64,000 bases of DNA from positions 13,955-77,954 of the forward strand of contig JAPLLX010000004.1 of assembly GCA_026387335.1 (NCBI GenBank), in the 5' to 3' direction. Made by a program: the position numbers and the translations under genes. Origin of the DNA: Candidatus Omnitrophota bacterium (GTDB taxonomy: Bacteria; Omnitrophota; Gorgyraeia; Gygaellales; Profunditerraquicolaceae). Shown piece after piece: positions 17,537-27,475 of this stretch (positions are counted from its first letter, which is position 1; every line of letters starts with the position of its first letter). The notes beneath the pieces are model-generated. The model did not search any database. It was not told where the DNA came from and saw nothing but the letters and a program-made list of their open reading frames with translations.

Positions 17537-18276
17537 TTGATCATTATAACCGAAAGAGACCTTCCGGTATCCTTGCCTTCCCTGCGGAATGAAAAGAAAT
17601 CTTCGCTATCACAATGCGTGCAAAGGCCTGTTTCGGATATATTCTCTTCTTTTAAGCCCGAGGCGATCAATTGCCTTTTATTTACCAGGGCCAGATCTAA
17701 GTAAAAGCGCCCTGACTTTTCAGTTAATTCCGACGGGAAATAGCCCCTGAATTCGCCTGAAACTTCGTAACAGCAACTCCTTATGGACGGGCCGAACCCG
17801 GCGATCAATCCTTCGGGCCGAGAATTAAATTTACTCCGCATCAATTCAACCGCCTGGCCTAAAATGTTTCCTTTTGAACTGCGCCAGCCGGCGTGAATTA
17901 ATCCTATCGCGGGTTTACGCGGATCATATAAAAATACACAGGGGCAGTCAGCGGTAAACATCGCCAGCGGTAAATTCCTGACATCGGTTATGAACCCGTC
18001 AGTGTTCGGAATCGAATTATCATAAACCAGCGCTCCGCTGCTTTCATCAGTTTGATTTACATATCTAACATTAGTCCCGTGCACCTGCTCGGCGCAGACT
18101 AAAGCAATATAATCAATTCCTAAATTACTCAAGAATTTCCTGCGGTTATCTAAAACGCCCCTGGAATTACCGTAAGATAAAGACATATTCCCGCAGGCGC
18201 GAGTGCTAAAAGAACAGGTTATCCGGCCTTCTGTCCGGCCTTCTAAAGGATTATTATTTTTAAGTAATTTCAACAA
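17533..18276 (-). CDS. pgeF: YfiH/PgeF-family purine nucleoside phosphorylase / peptidoglycan editing factor (DUF152)
   Basis: CAEQVHG...ADCPCV motifs of the laccase-domain/YfiH family. Confidence 0.7.
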   Translation of the reverse strand: MLKLLKNNNPLEGRTEGRITCSFSTRACGNMSLSYGNSRGVLDNRRKFLSNLGIDYIALVCAEQVHGTNVRYVNQTDESSGALVYDNSIPNTDGFITDVRNLPLAMFTADCPCVFLYDPRKPAIGLIHAGWRSSKGNILGQAVELMRSKFNSRPEGLIAGFGPSIRSCCYEVSGEFRGYFPSELTEKSGRFYLDLALVNKRQLIASGLKEENISETGLCTHCDSEDFFSFRREGKDTGRSLSVIMIK

Positions 18277-18475
18277 GTTTATTCCTGGATTTATCGCCTT
18301 TAATAATCTTGATCTGGTATTTTTTTATCTTTAGGTGTTCCGCTAAGAGGCTGATAAGCTGGCTATTGGCAAGCCCCTCCTGAGCGGGTTTAGTCAGATA
18401 AACCTTAAACCCTTTTCCCTCTTCTTTAACCAGATTTCTGCTTGCCTTGGGGACTACCCTGACCGTAAAGGCCAT
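18260..18475 (-). CDS. YggU/DUF167 family protein
   Basis: 71 aa; VRVVPKASRN...VYLTKPAQEGLAN pattern. Confidence 0.55.
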   Translation of the reverse strand: MAFTVRVVPKASRNLVKEEGKGFKVYLTKPAQEGLANSQLISLLAEHLKIKKYQIKIIKGDKSRNKLVEIT

Positions 18476-18484
18476 TATTAAAAA

Positions 18485-19417
18485 CTATTTTTTCTCAATT
18501 TGCCTGGCATCCTGAATATTAACCAGCTTATCACTGACTTTATCCAGCCTTTTTTGCGAATCCTCATATTTGGTATTGGCATTAATCAGGTGGCTTCCCA
18601 GGATATTAAATTCTTCTTTGAATTTATCTATTTCGATCTCTAAAGCGCTTAAAGATTTTAATATGGACTTGGCGTTCTCTTCTACTTTTAAGCCTTTTAA
18701 TCCCAGACAGATAACCTGCAGGTAAGCGTAAAATGTGTTCGGTGAGACCGGAATGACCTTTTTAGACATACTGTAAGAAAAAATGTCTTCTTTAATGACC
18801 ACTTCGTAATAAACATTCTCCGCCGGTATATACATCAGCGCGAAATCATAGGTGTTCTCCTGCGGAAGGATATATTTTGAAGAGACTTCATCAATGCGGT
18901 TTTTTACGTCCTGGATAAATTTCTTACGCAAGTTATTTTTTAGCTGCTCATCTTGCGCCTCCAGCATCTTCTGAAAATTCTCCAGGCTAAACTTCGCATC
19001 CACCGGCACAATACGCTCGCCAAGTTTAATAATGGCATCCACCGCCTCCCCGGACTTAAACCGGTATTGTGTGGCGTAATGATCTTTGGGTAATACTTGG
19101 GATAATAAATTCTCCAGAAGCACTTCGCCCATCGCCCCGCGGAATTTAGGCGCGCGTAAAAGCTCCTGCAGGCTGGAAATATCCTTACTGATAGTAACAA
19201 TCTGCTTGTTAGTCTCTTCCAGCCTACCTAATTGCTCCTTAACGTTGCCAAATACGTTGGTGGCGCTGCCGAGGTTTGAGCCGATAATCTTATTGGCCTC
19301 CTGGAGCGACTGGTTCATCTGATTTAACCGCTCATTGACCTGCGAAGAGAGCTTAAAAACCAGCACGGTGATAACCGTCAGTAAAACCAAAAATGATAAT
19401 CCGATCATCCAAATCAT
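18485..19417 (-). CDS. rmuC: DNA recombination protein RmuC
   Basis: N-terminal TM, coiled-coil, and the RmuC C-terminal region (PNTFYAYLQ). Confidence 0.7.
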   Translation of the reverse strand: MIWMIGLSFLVLLTVITVLVFKLSSQVNERLNQMNQSLQEANKIIGSNLGSATNVFGNVKEQLGRLEETNKQIVTISKDISSLQELLRAPKFRGAMGEVLLENLLSQVLPKDHYATQYRFKSGEAVDAIIKLGERIVPVDAKFSLENFQKMLEAQDEQLKNNLRKKFIQDVKNRIDEVSSKYILPQENTYDFALMYIPAENVYYEVVIKEDIFSYSMSKKVIPVSPNTFYAYLQVICLGLKGLKVEENAKSILKSLSALEIEIDKFKEEFNILGSHLINANTKYEDSQKRLDKVSDKLVNIQDARQIEKK

Positions 19418-19447
19418 AAGTTTATTATACCACTCTCCTCTATTTTC

Positions 19448-20167
19448 TTACAGCAAATAATCTTTCTTTATGCGCCGGACACTTCTAAAGATATTCTTTT
19501 TTATTTCCGGACAGGTCTTTTTTAAATCCTGGATAATTTTACCCATCTTTGCGCGGTTAGAGGTAACCGAATTTGGGCAAACGCAGGTATCGTGGGGGAT
19601 CTTTTCTTCTTTAGCAAAGCGTTTAATCATATATTCTTCAACATAGGCCAGCGGCCTGATCAGGGTGATCTTACCCTTAAATAATTCCTGCTTCGGCTTC
19701 ATTGCCGAGATTTCTCCCTGAAAGAATAGATTTAATAAAATCGTCTCAATGATATCATCCATATGGTGGCCCAGGGCAACTTTAGTGCACTTAAGCCGGT
19801 CAGCCACTTCAAATAGGGCCTTTCTTCTATTCCAGGAACACCAGAAACAATTTATATCTTTCTTCTTGGTTTTACGCAAGGTATCGACTTTTTCAATATG
19901 GTATTCAACATTCGCCTGCTTAAAATACCTTTCCAGCTTTTTAGATATTGATTTAGGATAACCCATATCAATATGCACCGCCACTAAATTGTATTTTAAC
20001 GGGACAAACGCGCGCCTATCGTTTAAGATACGCAGGAGTGTCAGGCTATCCTTGCCGCCGGATACGGCCACGGCAATCTTATCGCCCTCAGAGAGCATAT
20101 TATAATCTATGATTGCCCTGCCTATGCGTTTGGAGATATAAAATTCCGGTCCCTGTAAGATTCCCAT
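19448..20167 (-). CDS. ttcA: PP-loop ATPase, tRNA 2-thiocytidine synthase TtcA-like
   Basis: SGGKDS PP-loop and CxxC pairs. Confidence 0.7.
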   Translation of the reverse strand: MGILQGPEFYISKRIGRAIIDYNMLSEGDKIAVAVSGGKDSLTLLRILNDRRAFVPLKYNLVAVHIDMGYPKSISKKLERYFKQANVEYHIEKVDTLRKTKKKDINCFWCSWNRRKALFEVADRLKCTKVALGHHMDDIIETILLNLFFQGEISAMKPKQELFKGKITLIRPLAYVEEYMIKRFAKEEKIPHDTCVCPNSVTSNRAKMGKIIQDLKKTCPEIKKNIFRSVRRIKKDYLL

Positions 20168-20526
20168 TATTTGGCAAAGATTGTATAGAGCGCAATGATT
20201 AATAAAAATATTCCAAAGGCTTTTCTTAAAACAAGGTTGGAAAGCATTTCCGCCATATTGGCTCCCAGAAGCCCGCCGATCAAGAACCCGATACAGATAA
20301 ACGCGGCGATATAAAAATGCACGTGTCCACTATGATAATACTTCATTACCGCCAGAAGCCCTATCGGTAGGAGCATGATCGCCAGAGTGGTCCCCTGCGC
20401 CTCATGCTGCGACAAACCTACCAAAAAAACCAAAGCCGGAATAAGTATCGTCCCCCCGCCTATCCCGAACATTCCGGAAAGTGTGCCCGCCGTCAACCCT
20501 AAAACAAGATACAAAATTTCTTTCAT
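20167..20526 (-). CDS. TSUP (TauE/SafE) family membrane transporter, half-size
   Basis: GxGGG motif (FGIGGGTILIPAL); 119 aa with 4 TM segments. Confidence 0.6.
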   Translation of the reverse strand: MKEILYLVLGLTAGTLSGMFGIGGGTILIPALVFLVGLSQHEAQGTTLAIMLLPIGLLAVMKYYHSGHVHFYIAAFICIGFLIGGLLGANMAEMLSNLVLRKAFGIFLLIIALYTIFAK

Positions 20527-20547
20527 AATTTATCCTTTCCGCTCATT

Positions 20548-20765
20548 TATTCTATAGCTATTTCGCTCTCAGGGTATTGTTCGCGTGCGAAATTTTTCGC
20601 CGTGTGCTACGGTTTACGACTCCTTCCGGCAGCGCAGTGTTCCTCACGCATAAGGGTATTGCCTATACTCGCCGTAAAGCCTTGCACACACGTAGCTAAT
20701 AGCTTGGCCGAAAAATTTCTAATTGCCCGCTTACAATACCCTTCGGCAAAATATCTATAGAATAC
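20548..20765. repeat. Long imperfect inverted repeat (~55-bp arms, ~85% identical, ~100-bp centre); looks like a MITE or a long RNA hairpin
   Basis: Left arm tattctatagctatttcgctctcagggtattgttcgcgtgcgaaatttttcgcc aligned by eye to the reverse complement of the right arm, tattctatagatattttgccgaagggtattgtaagcgggcaattagaaatttttcggcc. Confidence 0.55.
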
Positions 20766-20766
20766 A

Positions 20767-20932
20767 TTAGCGGATGGATTGGCTTGTTCCGGAGCAGGAC
20801 GTAACGCAGGCGAAGCGGGCAGGGTTGCCTACAATATAAGTCCCGGCAGAGCGAAGCCGAGTAGCCGAGCGGGATTTTCCACGCTGGGGAAAATCACGCG
20901 TTCCTGCGAGGAACAAGACAAACCAGACGCTA
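20767..20932 (+). ncRNA. Copy 1 of a ~165-nt conserved structured element (candidate sRNA or repeat element); copy 2 at 45341..45505
   Basis: About 90% identical to copy 2. An internal perfect hairpin GATTTTCC-acgct-GGGGAAAATC is conserved. Terminal stems show compensatory changes between copies (cttgttcc/ggaacaag against cttgtttc/gaaacaaa; gga..tcc against ggg..ccc). Confidence 0.45.
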
Positions 20933-20936
20933 TGAA

Positions 20937-22742
20937 TTATATTCTTCTGGAATCAGCGACCAGTTTGCGTATTTCTTTAGTGACCGGATGCTTCATTAAA
21001 TCTTCAAGGGAAAGCGGGATTTTGAGCGACCAGTTCTTGTCGCTTATTGTACCGGGGGTATTGAATCTATATTGATACGCGTCACCGGACAAAACATCAT
21101 CCAGATACAAAAGGTCAATTATTGTATTTATACAGAATAGGGAACTCGATTCCAGGTTTAATTTTAAGACAGCCCGGAATATTTCTTTATCACATTTCTC
21201 ACGCATCGGGCCGAGCAGACCCAAATGCTTCCAGAGTTTTTCTTTCTCCCCGCATGTATTCTCATATAAACCCATTAAGACGTGCAACCTATCTTTAGGG
21301 ACAGTCCCCTGCGGGGACAGTCCCTTGATTAACTTATCAACCGAATCAATTCCTTCTTTCCAGCGCAATCTCCCATGCTGAGAACGGACCGCGTCAAAAA
21401 GCTCAAGTTTTACCCGGTCAAAATCAATCCCCGCTTCAACGCACTTTCTGCGGAATAGATCCTCATCCACTGTCCCAGCCTCATTCTCCCACCAGGCAGG
21501 CCAGTTAGTCGTATCATGCGTGGAAAGCATAGCGACAGAAAACTTACGATACTCCTCGGGTTTTAAGAAATCGCGCTTAATCTTCCAATCCTTAACCCAA
21601 CGCTGCACGTCATTACCCGGTATCTTTAATTTTTCTAAAGTTTCGGTGCAGGCCTTAGGGATTACCCCTAAATCTTCGGCGCACAAAAACATTTTTGTGC
21701 TCTCAAGCATAACCTCTAATATCTTCTGGCCATGCGCCTGCCACTCGGATTCATTGACCGGATCAAAAAATCCGTTTAAGCCCTGATTTTCAATAGGTTC
21801 GTTATAAGGAATACTCCAGATACGAAATAAACCGACTACATGATCAATCCTGATGATATCGTAAAAATTCTCGGCGAATTTTAATTTCTCTTTTAAGTAT
21901 TTGTATCCATCAGCCGCGATTTTTCCCCAATTATAGGTAGGCATTCCCCAGCGTTGGCCGCGGGCAGCATACATATCCGGCGGCGCGCCGGCGGCAAATT
22001 CCAATTTGAAAAATTCCGGATGGCTCCAGACATCGCTTGAGTCGCGGGAGACCAAGATAGGCAGGTCTCCGTTGATAAAAACTTTCTTCTGCCGGGCGTA
22101 ATCCTTAACAGCCTTAAATTGTTCAAAGAGCTTCCATTGTACCCACTCTTGAAATTTAATTTCCTGGGCATTAGTTTTACGGAAATTTTCTAAGGCCGCC
22201 TTATCCCGGTTTCTAAACTCTACCGGCCAATCATACCAAGCCCTATTTTCCCATTTTGCTTTAAGAGTTTTAAACAAAGCGTAATCTAAGAGCCAATAAC
22301 TGTTCTCGCTCCTGAAACGGCTAAAAAGTTCCGGACTAGCGGCGGCGTCCAATAAGAAAATTTCCCGCAATATGCGTATTTTTTCATTCTTCATCCCGTA
22401 ATCCACATATCGCTTATCCGTTTTTAAGTTTTTACGCAAGGCTTCGATTTGCCTTTTAATGGATTTGTTTTTAGGCAGGGGTAAATGGCTAAGAGAAATA
22501 TAAAGCGGCTCGAGCGCGTTCGCGCTTAAAGCGTCATACGGACAGAATAAGCCTCCCATATCATTCATCGGTAAAAGCTGGATAATGGAATTGCCCGTAG
22601 GAGTTGCCCAATCAATGACTGATCTTAAATCATTCAGGTCACCTGCGCCAAAACTATTTTTTGAATAGACTGCGAATAACGGGACTAATACCCCTGAACT
22701 TTTCTTAGTTAGAAAAGATTGCGGCTGGTTTGACTGCGGCAT
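20937..22742 (-). CDS. malQ: 4-alpha-glucanotransferase (amylomaltase, GH77)
   Basis: 601 aa; GVLVPLFAVYS...GDL N-terminus typical of GH77. Confidence 0.75.
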   Translation of the reverse strand: MPQSNQPQSFLTKKSSGVLVPLFAVYSKNSFGAGDLNDLRSVIDWATPTGNSIIQLLPMNDMGGLFCPYDALSANALEPLYISLSHLPLPKNKSIKRQIEALRKNLKTDKRYVDYGMKNEKIRILREIFLLDAAASPELFSRFRSENSYWLLDYALFKTLKAKWENRAWYDWPVEFRNRDKAALENFRKTNAQEIKFQEWVQWKLFEQFKAVKDYARQKKVFINGDLPILVSRDSSDVWSHPEFFKLEFAAGAPPDMYAARGQRWGMPTYNWGKIAADGYKYLKEKLKFAENFYDIIRIDHVVGLFRIWSIPYNEPIENQGLNGFFDPVNESEWQAHGQKILEVMLESTKMFLCAEDLGVIPKACTETLEKLKIPGNDVQRWVKDWKIKRDFLKPEEYRKFSVAMLSTHDTTNWPAWWENEAGTVDEDLFRRKCVEAGIDFDRVKLELFDAVRSQHGRLRWKEGIDSVDKLIKGLSPQGTVPKDRLHVLMGLYENTCGEKEKLWKHLGLLGPMREKCDKEIFRAVLKLNLESSSLFCINTIIDLLYLDDVLSGDAYQYRFNTPGTISDKNWSLKIPLSLEDLMKHPVTKEIRKLVADSRRI

Positions 22743-22751
22743 ATTGCCTTT

Positions 22752-23558
22752 TTAAGGAATTATAAGATGTAATATCTTATCCGACCAAAATATGGAAATC
22801 AACGCTGCTAAGGATAAAAACGGGCCATACGGTATAGTATGGTCTTTTTTAGTAATCAGGATGATTATACCCAGAAGCGCGCCAAAGAACGGAGCGATAA
22901 AAAAAGTAAGCAGCGCCCTAGGAGCGCCTAAAAATGCTCCGATCATGGCTAAAAGTTTGACATCTCCTCCGCCCATTGACTCAGTCTCGCCGTTTATGGG
23001 ATGGTTTTTAAGGATTTTAAAATAAACCAGGTCAAATAACCAGCCGGTAAGATAAATCACGCCGCCGCCGATTATGATGCCGAATAATGAACTGAGCATC
23101 GGCCGGAAACTAAAGGCCAGGGGATTTAAGTTAACACCCCTGATCGAACTCAAAATAAACCCGACAATAAGCCCGCCTATAGAGATCTCATCGGGAATAA
23201 TCCTGTGCTGGATATCCACAAAAGTGGCGATAATCAGGGCCGCGGCGAGGACAAAATAAAAGAAGAAATTATAACTTAACCCGTAACGCAAAAAGAAAGC
23301 CAGAAACAACAAACCGCTTATAAGCTCCACTAAAGGGTAGCGCAGCGATATTCTTTCTTTACAGAAACGGCACCTTCCTTTTAAAAGAATAAAGCTTATG
23401 AAGGGTATATTGTCGTAACCGGGGATCCTTTTCTTACACTTAGGGCAATGTGAACGGGGCCAGACAACTGATTCGGATTCGGGCATGCGATGTATGCAAA
23501 CATTTAAAAAACTTCCTATTACAGAACCAAAAATAAAGACTATTACTTGGCCGATCAT
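22752..23558 (-). CDS. pilD: Type IV prepilin leader peptidase (A24 family) with N-terminal zinc-binding CxxC pairs
   Basis: HCPKCKKRI...CRFCKERI, then polytopic membrane domain with GGGDVKLLAMIGA. Confidence 0.75.
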   Translation of the reverse strand: MIGQVIVFIFGSVIGSFLNVCIHRMPESESVVWPRSHCPKCKKRIPGYDNIPFISFILLKGRCRFCKERISLRYPLVELISGLLFLAFFLRYGLSYNFFFYFVLAAALIIATFVDIQHRIIPDEISIGGLIVGFILSSIRGVNLNPLAFSFRPMLSSLFGIIIGGGVIYLTGWLFDLVYFKILKNHPINGETESMGGGDVKLLAMIGAFLGAPRALLTFFIAPFFGALLGIIILITKKDHTIPYGPFLSLAALISIFWSDKILHLIIP

Positions 23559-24403
23559 AATTTCTTCACTCCTTTTTCTAGAGCCCTGCGCATCACTTCC
23601 ACAGGCGCTTTTTTAGGGCTTATCCATAAGTTCAACGCCTCTACCCCCTGGTAAAGAAGCATTCCTAAGCCATTTGAAAATGCCAGATTTTTCTCCTGCG
23701 CCAGTTTTAGCAGCTTGGTCTGGACAGGGTTATAGATTAAATCATAGATAAATAATCCGGAGTGTAACCAAGTGGGGTCTACCAAAAGAGGATCGTCTGC
23801 TTTCATCCCGACTGAGGAGGCGTTAATCAAGATATCTTTCTCCTTTAATTTTAAAGCTTCAATACTTTCAGCCGCCAGGAACCTGGTATGCGGAAATATC
23901 TGGTTAAACCTTTCCATAATTGAGAGGCTGCGAAATTTATCAATATCATAAATATCGACTTCCCGCGTCTTTCTCTTCCCAAGAGCGAAACAGATCGCCC
24001 GGGCCGCGCCTCCGGCTCCGATGATAGCGGCTTTCTTAGGGTTGACTTTTAATTCCTTAAGATGCTGAATAAACCCGAGATAATCGGTATTAAATAATTT
24101 AAACTTATTATTTTTATCTATAGCTATAGTATTGGCTGCCCCGATTGCCCTGACGGCGCTGGAACAGTAACCCTCTATAAGACCAAGGACCTTCTCTTTG
24201 TAGGGAATCGTTACATTCAGGCCGCGGATGTTTTTCTTATTCAGGCTGGATAAAAAAACTTTTAGTTCCCTATCTCCCAAAGGAAAGAGTTTATATCTGG
24301 CTTTAATTTTAAGGCGAGAGAACGCCGCGTTATGCATTAACGGCGAGAGGCTATGCTTGATGGGATTGCCGATTAAACCGTAAGTACGGCCGCCTTTACT
24401 CAT
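23555..24403 (-). CDS. aroE: Shikimate dehydrogenase
   Basis: YGLIGNPIKHSLSPLMHNAAF. Confidence 0.85.
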   Translation of the reverse strand: MSKGGRTYGLIGNPIKHSLSPLMHNAAFSRLKIKARYKLFPLGDRELKVFLSSLNKKNIRGLNVTIPYKEKVLGLIEGYCSSAVRAIGAANTIAIDKNNKFKLFNTDYLGFIQHLKELKVNPKKAAIIGAGGAARAICFALGKRKTREVDIYDIDKFRSLSIMERFNQIFPHTRFLAAESIEALKLKEKDILINASSVGMKADDPLLVDPTWLHSGLFIYDLIYNPVQTKLLKLAQEKNLAFSNGLGMLLYQGVEALNLWISPKKAPVEVMRRALEKGVKKL

Positions 24404-25920
24404 TTAACCTCTAACTTATTGACGGCGTCCAAATATGCCTTGATAGCGGCTTCAATGATATCGGTGCTCGCGCCGCGGCCGCTGATGACGGAATTATTAA
24501 TTTTTAGCTTAAGACTGACTTGGCCCAAGGCGTCTTTACCTGAAGTAACCGCTTCCAGGCGAAAATCATCCAGTTTCGCCTTATAACCGGTAATTTTATC
24601 TATGGCCTTAAAACAGGCGTCCACCGGTCCGTCGCCGGAAGATGCGCCGCAGATGTTCTTAGCTTTTTTGATTAAAACAACCTCTGCCTCCGGCTTAATC
24701 CTGGTGCCGGAAGTAACTTTAAAACTATACAACCGCCAAAGAGGCTTGGTTACGCGGATCTCATCTTCAACGATAATCCTCAAATCATCGTCAAAGATAT
24801 CTTTCTTCTTATCCGCGACTTCTTTAAAGCGCTTAAACGCTTTATTTAATTCTTCTTCGTTAAGATGGAATCCGAGTGATTTTAACCTATCCCGAAAAGC
24901 GTGCCTTCCGGAATGCTTTCCCAGAATAAGCTGACTTTTAGCTAACCCCACATCTTTAGGATCCATAATTTCGTAGGTAGTCCTGTTCTTTAAAATCGCG
25001 TCCTGATGAATGCCGGATTCATGGGCAAAGGCGTTCCTTCCGACAATTGCCTTATTAGGGGGAACAACGAAATTCGTCAGGTTGCTGACCAGCCGCGAGG
25101 TGCGGAATATTTCTTTAGTATTTATACCCATATAAAATCCGCCGAAGATATCTTTACGCGTCTTAATCGCCATAACCACTTCTTCCAAAGAGGCGTTTCC
25201 GGCGCGCTCGCCGATACCGTTAATAGTACAATGGATCTGCCGCGCCCCGGCCAAAACCGCGGAGATAGAATTAGCCGAAGCCAATCCTAAATCATCGTGG
25301 CAATGTATAGCAATGACTGCTTTATTAATATTAGGGACATTGTTCTTAATATCCTCGATCAGCGAGTATATCTCCTGAGGATAACTATAGCCTACCGTAT
25401 CCGGGATATTTATGGTTTGCGCGCCTTCATTTATGGCGGTTTCAATTACTTTAAAAAGAAAACCTCTTTCTGAGCGCGTGGCGTCCTCAGGCGAAAATTC
25501 AATATCATCGCAGAGCCGGCGGGTAAGCTTTACCGCGCCTTGAGCAATAGCCAAAATCTCATCTTCGGCCTTCTTGAACTTATACTGCAGATGGATTTTA
25601 GAAGTAGCCAGGAACAAATGAACGCGCGGATGCTTGGCTCTTTTAACCGCATCACTTGCGGATTCGATATCCAGCTTAAGGCAACGGGCTAAACCACAGA
25701 CAGCGCTTTTTTTAATCGCCTTAGAGATTTCAGTTACGGCCTTAAAATCTCCCGGAGAAGCGATCGGAAAACCTGCTTCAATTATATCCACACCCAGCTT
25801 CTCAAGCTGAAAAGCTACCTCCAGCTTTTGCTGGTGAGTCAAAGACGCTCCCGGCGCCTGCTCTCCATCACGCAAAGTTGTATCAAATATGATTATCTTT
25901 TCCATTATTTCTTCATCCAA
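24400..25920 (-). CDS. leuA: 2-isopropylmalate synthase / citramalate synthase family
   Basis: IFDTTLRDGEQAPG; HxH metal motif (IHCHDDLG); C-terminal LeuA dimerisation domain. Confidence 0.8.
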   Translation of the reverse strand: MDEEIMEKIIIFDTTLRDGEQAPGASLTHQQKLEVAFQLEKLGVDIIEAGFPIASPGDFKAVTEISKAIKKSAVCGLARCLKLDIESASDAVKRAKHPRVHLFLATSKIHLQYKFKKAEDEILAIAQGAVKLTRRLCDDIEFSPEDATRSERGFLFKVIETAINEGAQTINIPDTVGYSYPQEIYSLIEDIKNNVPNINKAVIAIHCHDDLGLASANSISAVLAGARQIHCTINGIGERAGNASLEEVVMAIKTRKDIFGGFYMGINTKEIFRTSRLVSNLTNFVVPPNKAIVGRNAFAHESGIHQDAILKNRTTYEIMDPKDVGLAKSQLILGKHSGRHAFRDRLKSLGFHLNEEELNKAFKRFKEVADKKKDIFDDDLRIIVEDEIRVTKPLWRLYSFKVTSGTRIKPEAEVVLIKKAKNICGASSGDGPVDACFKAIDKITGYKAKLDDFRLEAVTSGKDALGQVSLKLKINNSVISGRGASTDIIEAAIKAYLDAVNKLEVK

Positions 25921-25989
25921 GGCATTGAATTAGGCGTGCCTCTGGCGTTTACGCCTAATTCATACTTGCCACCGGCAAGTATATTTCTC

Positions 25990-26982
25990 TTACTTCTTCA
26001 TCCACGGCATCATATTCCGTAGATCTTTTCCCACCTTCTCAATCAAATGATTATCGCCTTCGGAAATCAGCTTATTGAAATTCGGCCGGCCTAGTTCATT
26101 TTCTTTAATCCATTCGCGGGCAAATTTTCCCGATTTAATCTCTTTGAGCATCTTTTTCATCTCTTTACGCGTCTTAGCCGTGATGATCCTGGGGCCGCGG
26201 GTTAAATCACCGTAGCAAGCGGTATTAGAAACTCCCCGGCGCATACCGGAAATTCCCCGTTCCTGAATAAGGTCAGTGATTAATTTTAATTCGTGTAAAA
26301 CTTCAAAATAGGCGATCTCCGGCTGGTATCCTGCTTCAATCAAAGTATCAAAACCCGCTTTGATTAACTCCGTGACTCCGCAGCAAAGCACTGCCTGTTC
26401 GCCGAAAAGATCAGTCTCGGTCTCTTCTTCAAAAGTCGTCTCAATAACGCCGGCGGTAGTGGCCTTGATGGCTTTAGCGTAAGCCAACGCTAAATCTTTA
26501 GCCTGGCCGCTGGCGTCCTGATAAATCGCGATTAATGAAGGTACGCCTTTGCCTTCTTCGTACATCTTTCTGACCAATGCTCCCGGTCCTTTCGGCGCCA
26601 CCATAAATACATCCACATTCTTCGGAGGCTTGATCTGTTTAAAGCGGATATTAAAACCGTGCGAAAAACAAAGCGCCTTGCCTTTTTTTAAGTTCGGCTT
26701 TATCGCCTCTTTATAAACCTTGGCCTGGACATGGTCCTGGGTTAAAATCTGGATAATATCCGCAGCCTTGGCTGCCTCAGCCGCATCTACCGGGGTAAAC
26801 CCATCGGTTTTAGCCTGTTCAAAATTGGCAGTCCCCGGCATCTCTGAAACAATCACGCGTATCCCGGAGTCCCTTAAACATAAAGACTGGCCGCGCCCCT
26901 GAATACCATATCCGATGATCGCGATAGTCTTATTTTTAAGTAAATTTAAATCCGCGTCCTGGTCATAATAAATCTTCGCCAT
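25990..26982 (-). CDS. ilvC: Ketol-acid reductoisomerase
   Basis: [21 protein letters not shown]. Confidence 0.9.
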   Translation of the reverse strand: MAKIYYDQDADLNLLKNKTIAIIGYGIQGRGQSLCLRDSGIRVIVSEMPGTANFEQAKTDGFTPVDAAEAAKAADIIQILTQDHVQAKVYKEAIKPNLKKGKALCFSHGFNIRFKQIKPPKNVDVFMVAPKGPGALVRKMYEEGKGVPSLIAIYQDASGQAKDLALAYAKAIKATTAGVIETTFEEETETDLFGEQAVLCCGVTELIKAGFDTLIEAGYQPEIAYFEVLHELKLITDLIQERGISGMRRGVSNTACYGDLTRGPRIITAKTRKEMKKMLKEIKSGKFAREWIKENELGRPNFNKLISEGDNHLIEKVGKDLRNMMPWMKK

Positions 26983-27000
26983 TTTTTTACTCCTCCCTTT

Positions 27001-27474
27001 CTATCCGCTGATCGCTAATTTTCCTGTCCTGACTAATTCTTTAATCCCGAATTTATTCAATTCTTCCAACAGCAATTTAATCTGCTCCAAGTTTCCTACC
27101 GCCTCAATAATCGCGGTATCTCCTTTACGCTGAATTACCTTACCTACAAATTTAGCGCAGATATTCTCCAGCCTAGATTTATCTTTCGCGCAATAACTTA
27201 CCTTGGCCAAAATAAGCTCGCGGTCCACATGCTCTTTCTTGGTAAAATCAGTAACGGTGATAACATCAATAAGCTTATTCAGCTGCTTCTTTATCTGTTC
27301 AAGTATCTTTTCATCTTTAGCTTCTACGACAATAGTCATATAAGAGATATCCGGGTCAAGTGTCTCGGAAACCGCTAAAGAAGCAATATTATAGCCGCGG
27401 GCGCTAAATAATCCGGCTATCCGCGCCAAGACACCAAACTTATTCTCTACTAAAAGTGCAATAGTATGTTTCAT
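27001..27474 (-). CDS. ilvN: Acetolactate synthase small (regulatory) subunit
   Basis: ACT domain; ALLVENKFGVLARIAGLFSARGYNI. Confidence 0.85.
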   Translation of the reverse strand: MKHTIALLVENKFGVLARIAGLFSARGYNIASLAVSETLDPDISYMTIVVEAKDEKILEQIKKQLNKLIDVITVTDFTKKEHVDRELILAKVSYCAKDKSRLENICAKFVGKVIQRKGDTAIIEAVGNLEQIKLLLEELNKFGIKELVRTGKLAISG

Positions 27475-27475
27475 A

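Noticed and set aside
20767-20932. 165-nt element as tmRNA, SRP RNA, 6S RNA, RNase P RNA or a common riboswitch
   Set aside because: No tRNA-like acceptor/T-arm, no SRP domain IV consensus, no riboswitch box sequences were recognisable by eye. A 6S-like imperfect duplex cannot be excluded; left as unclassified.
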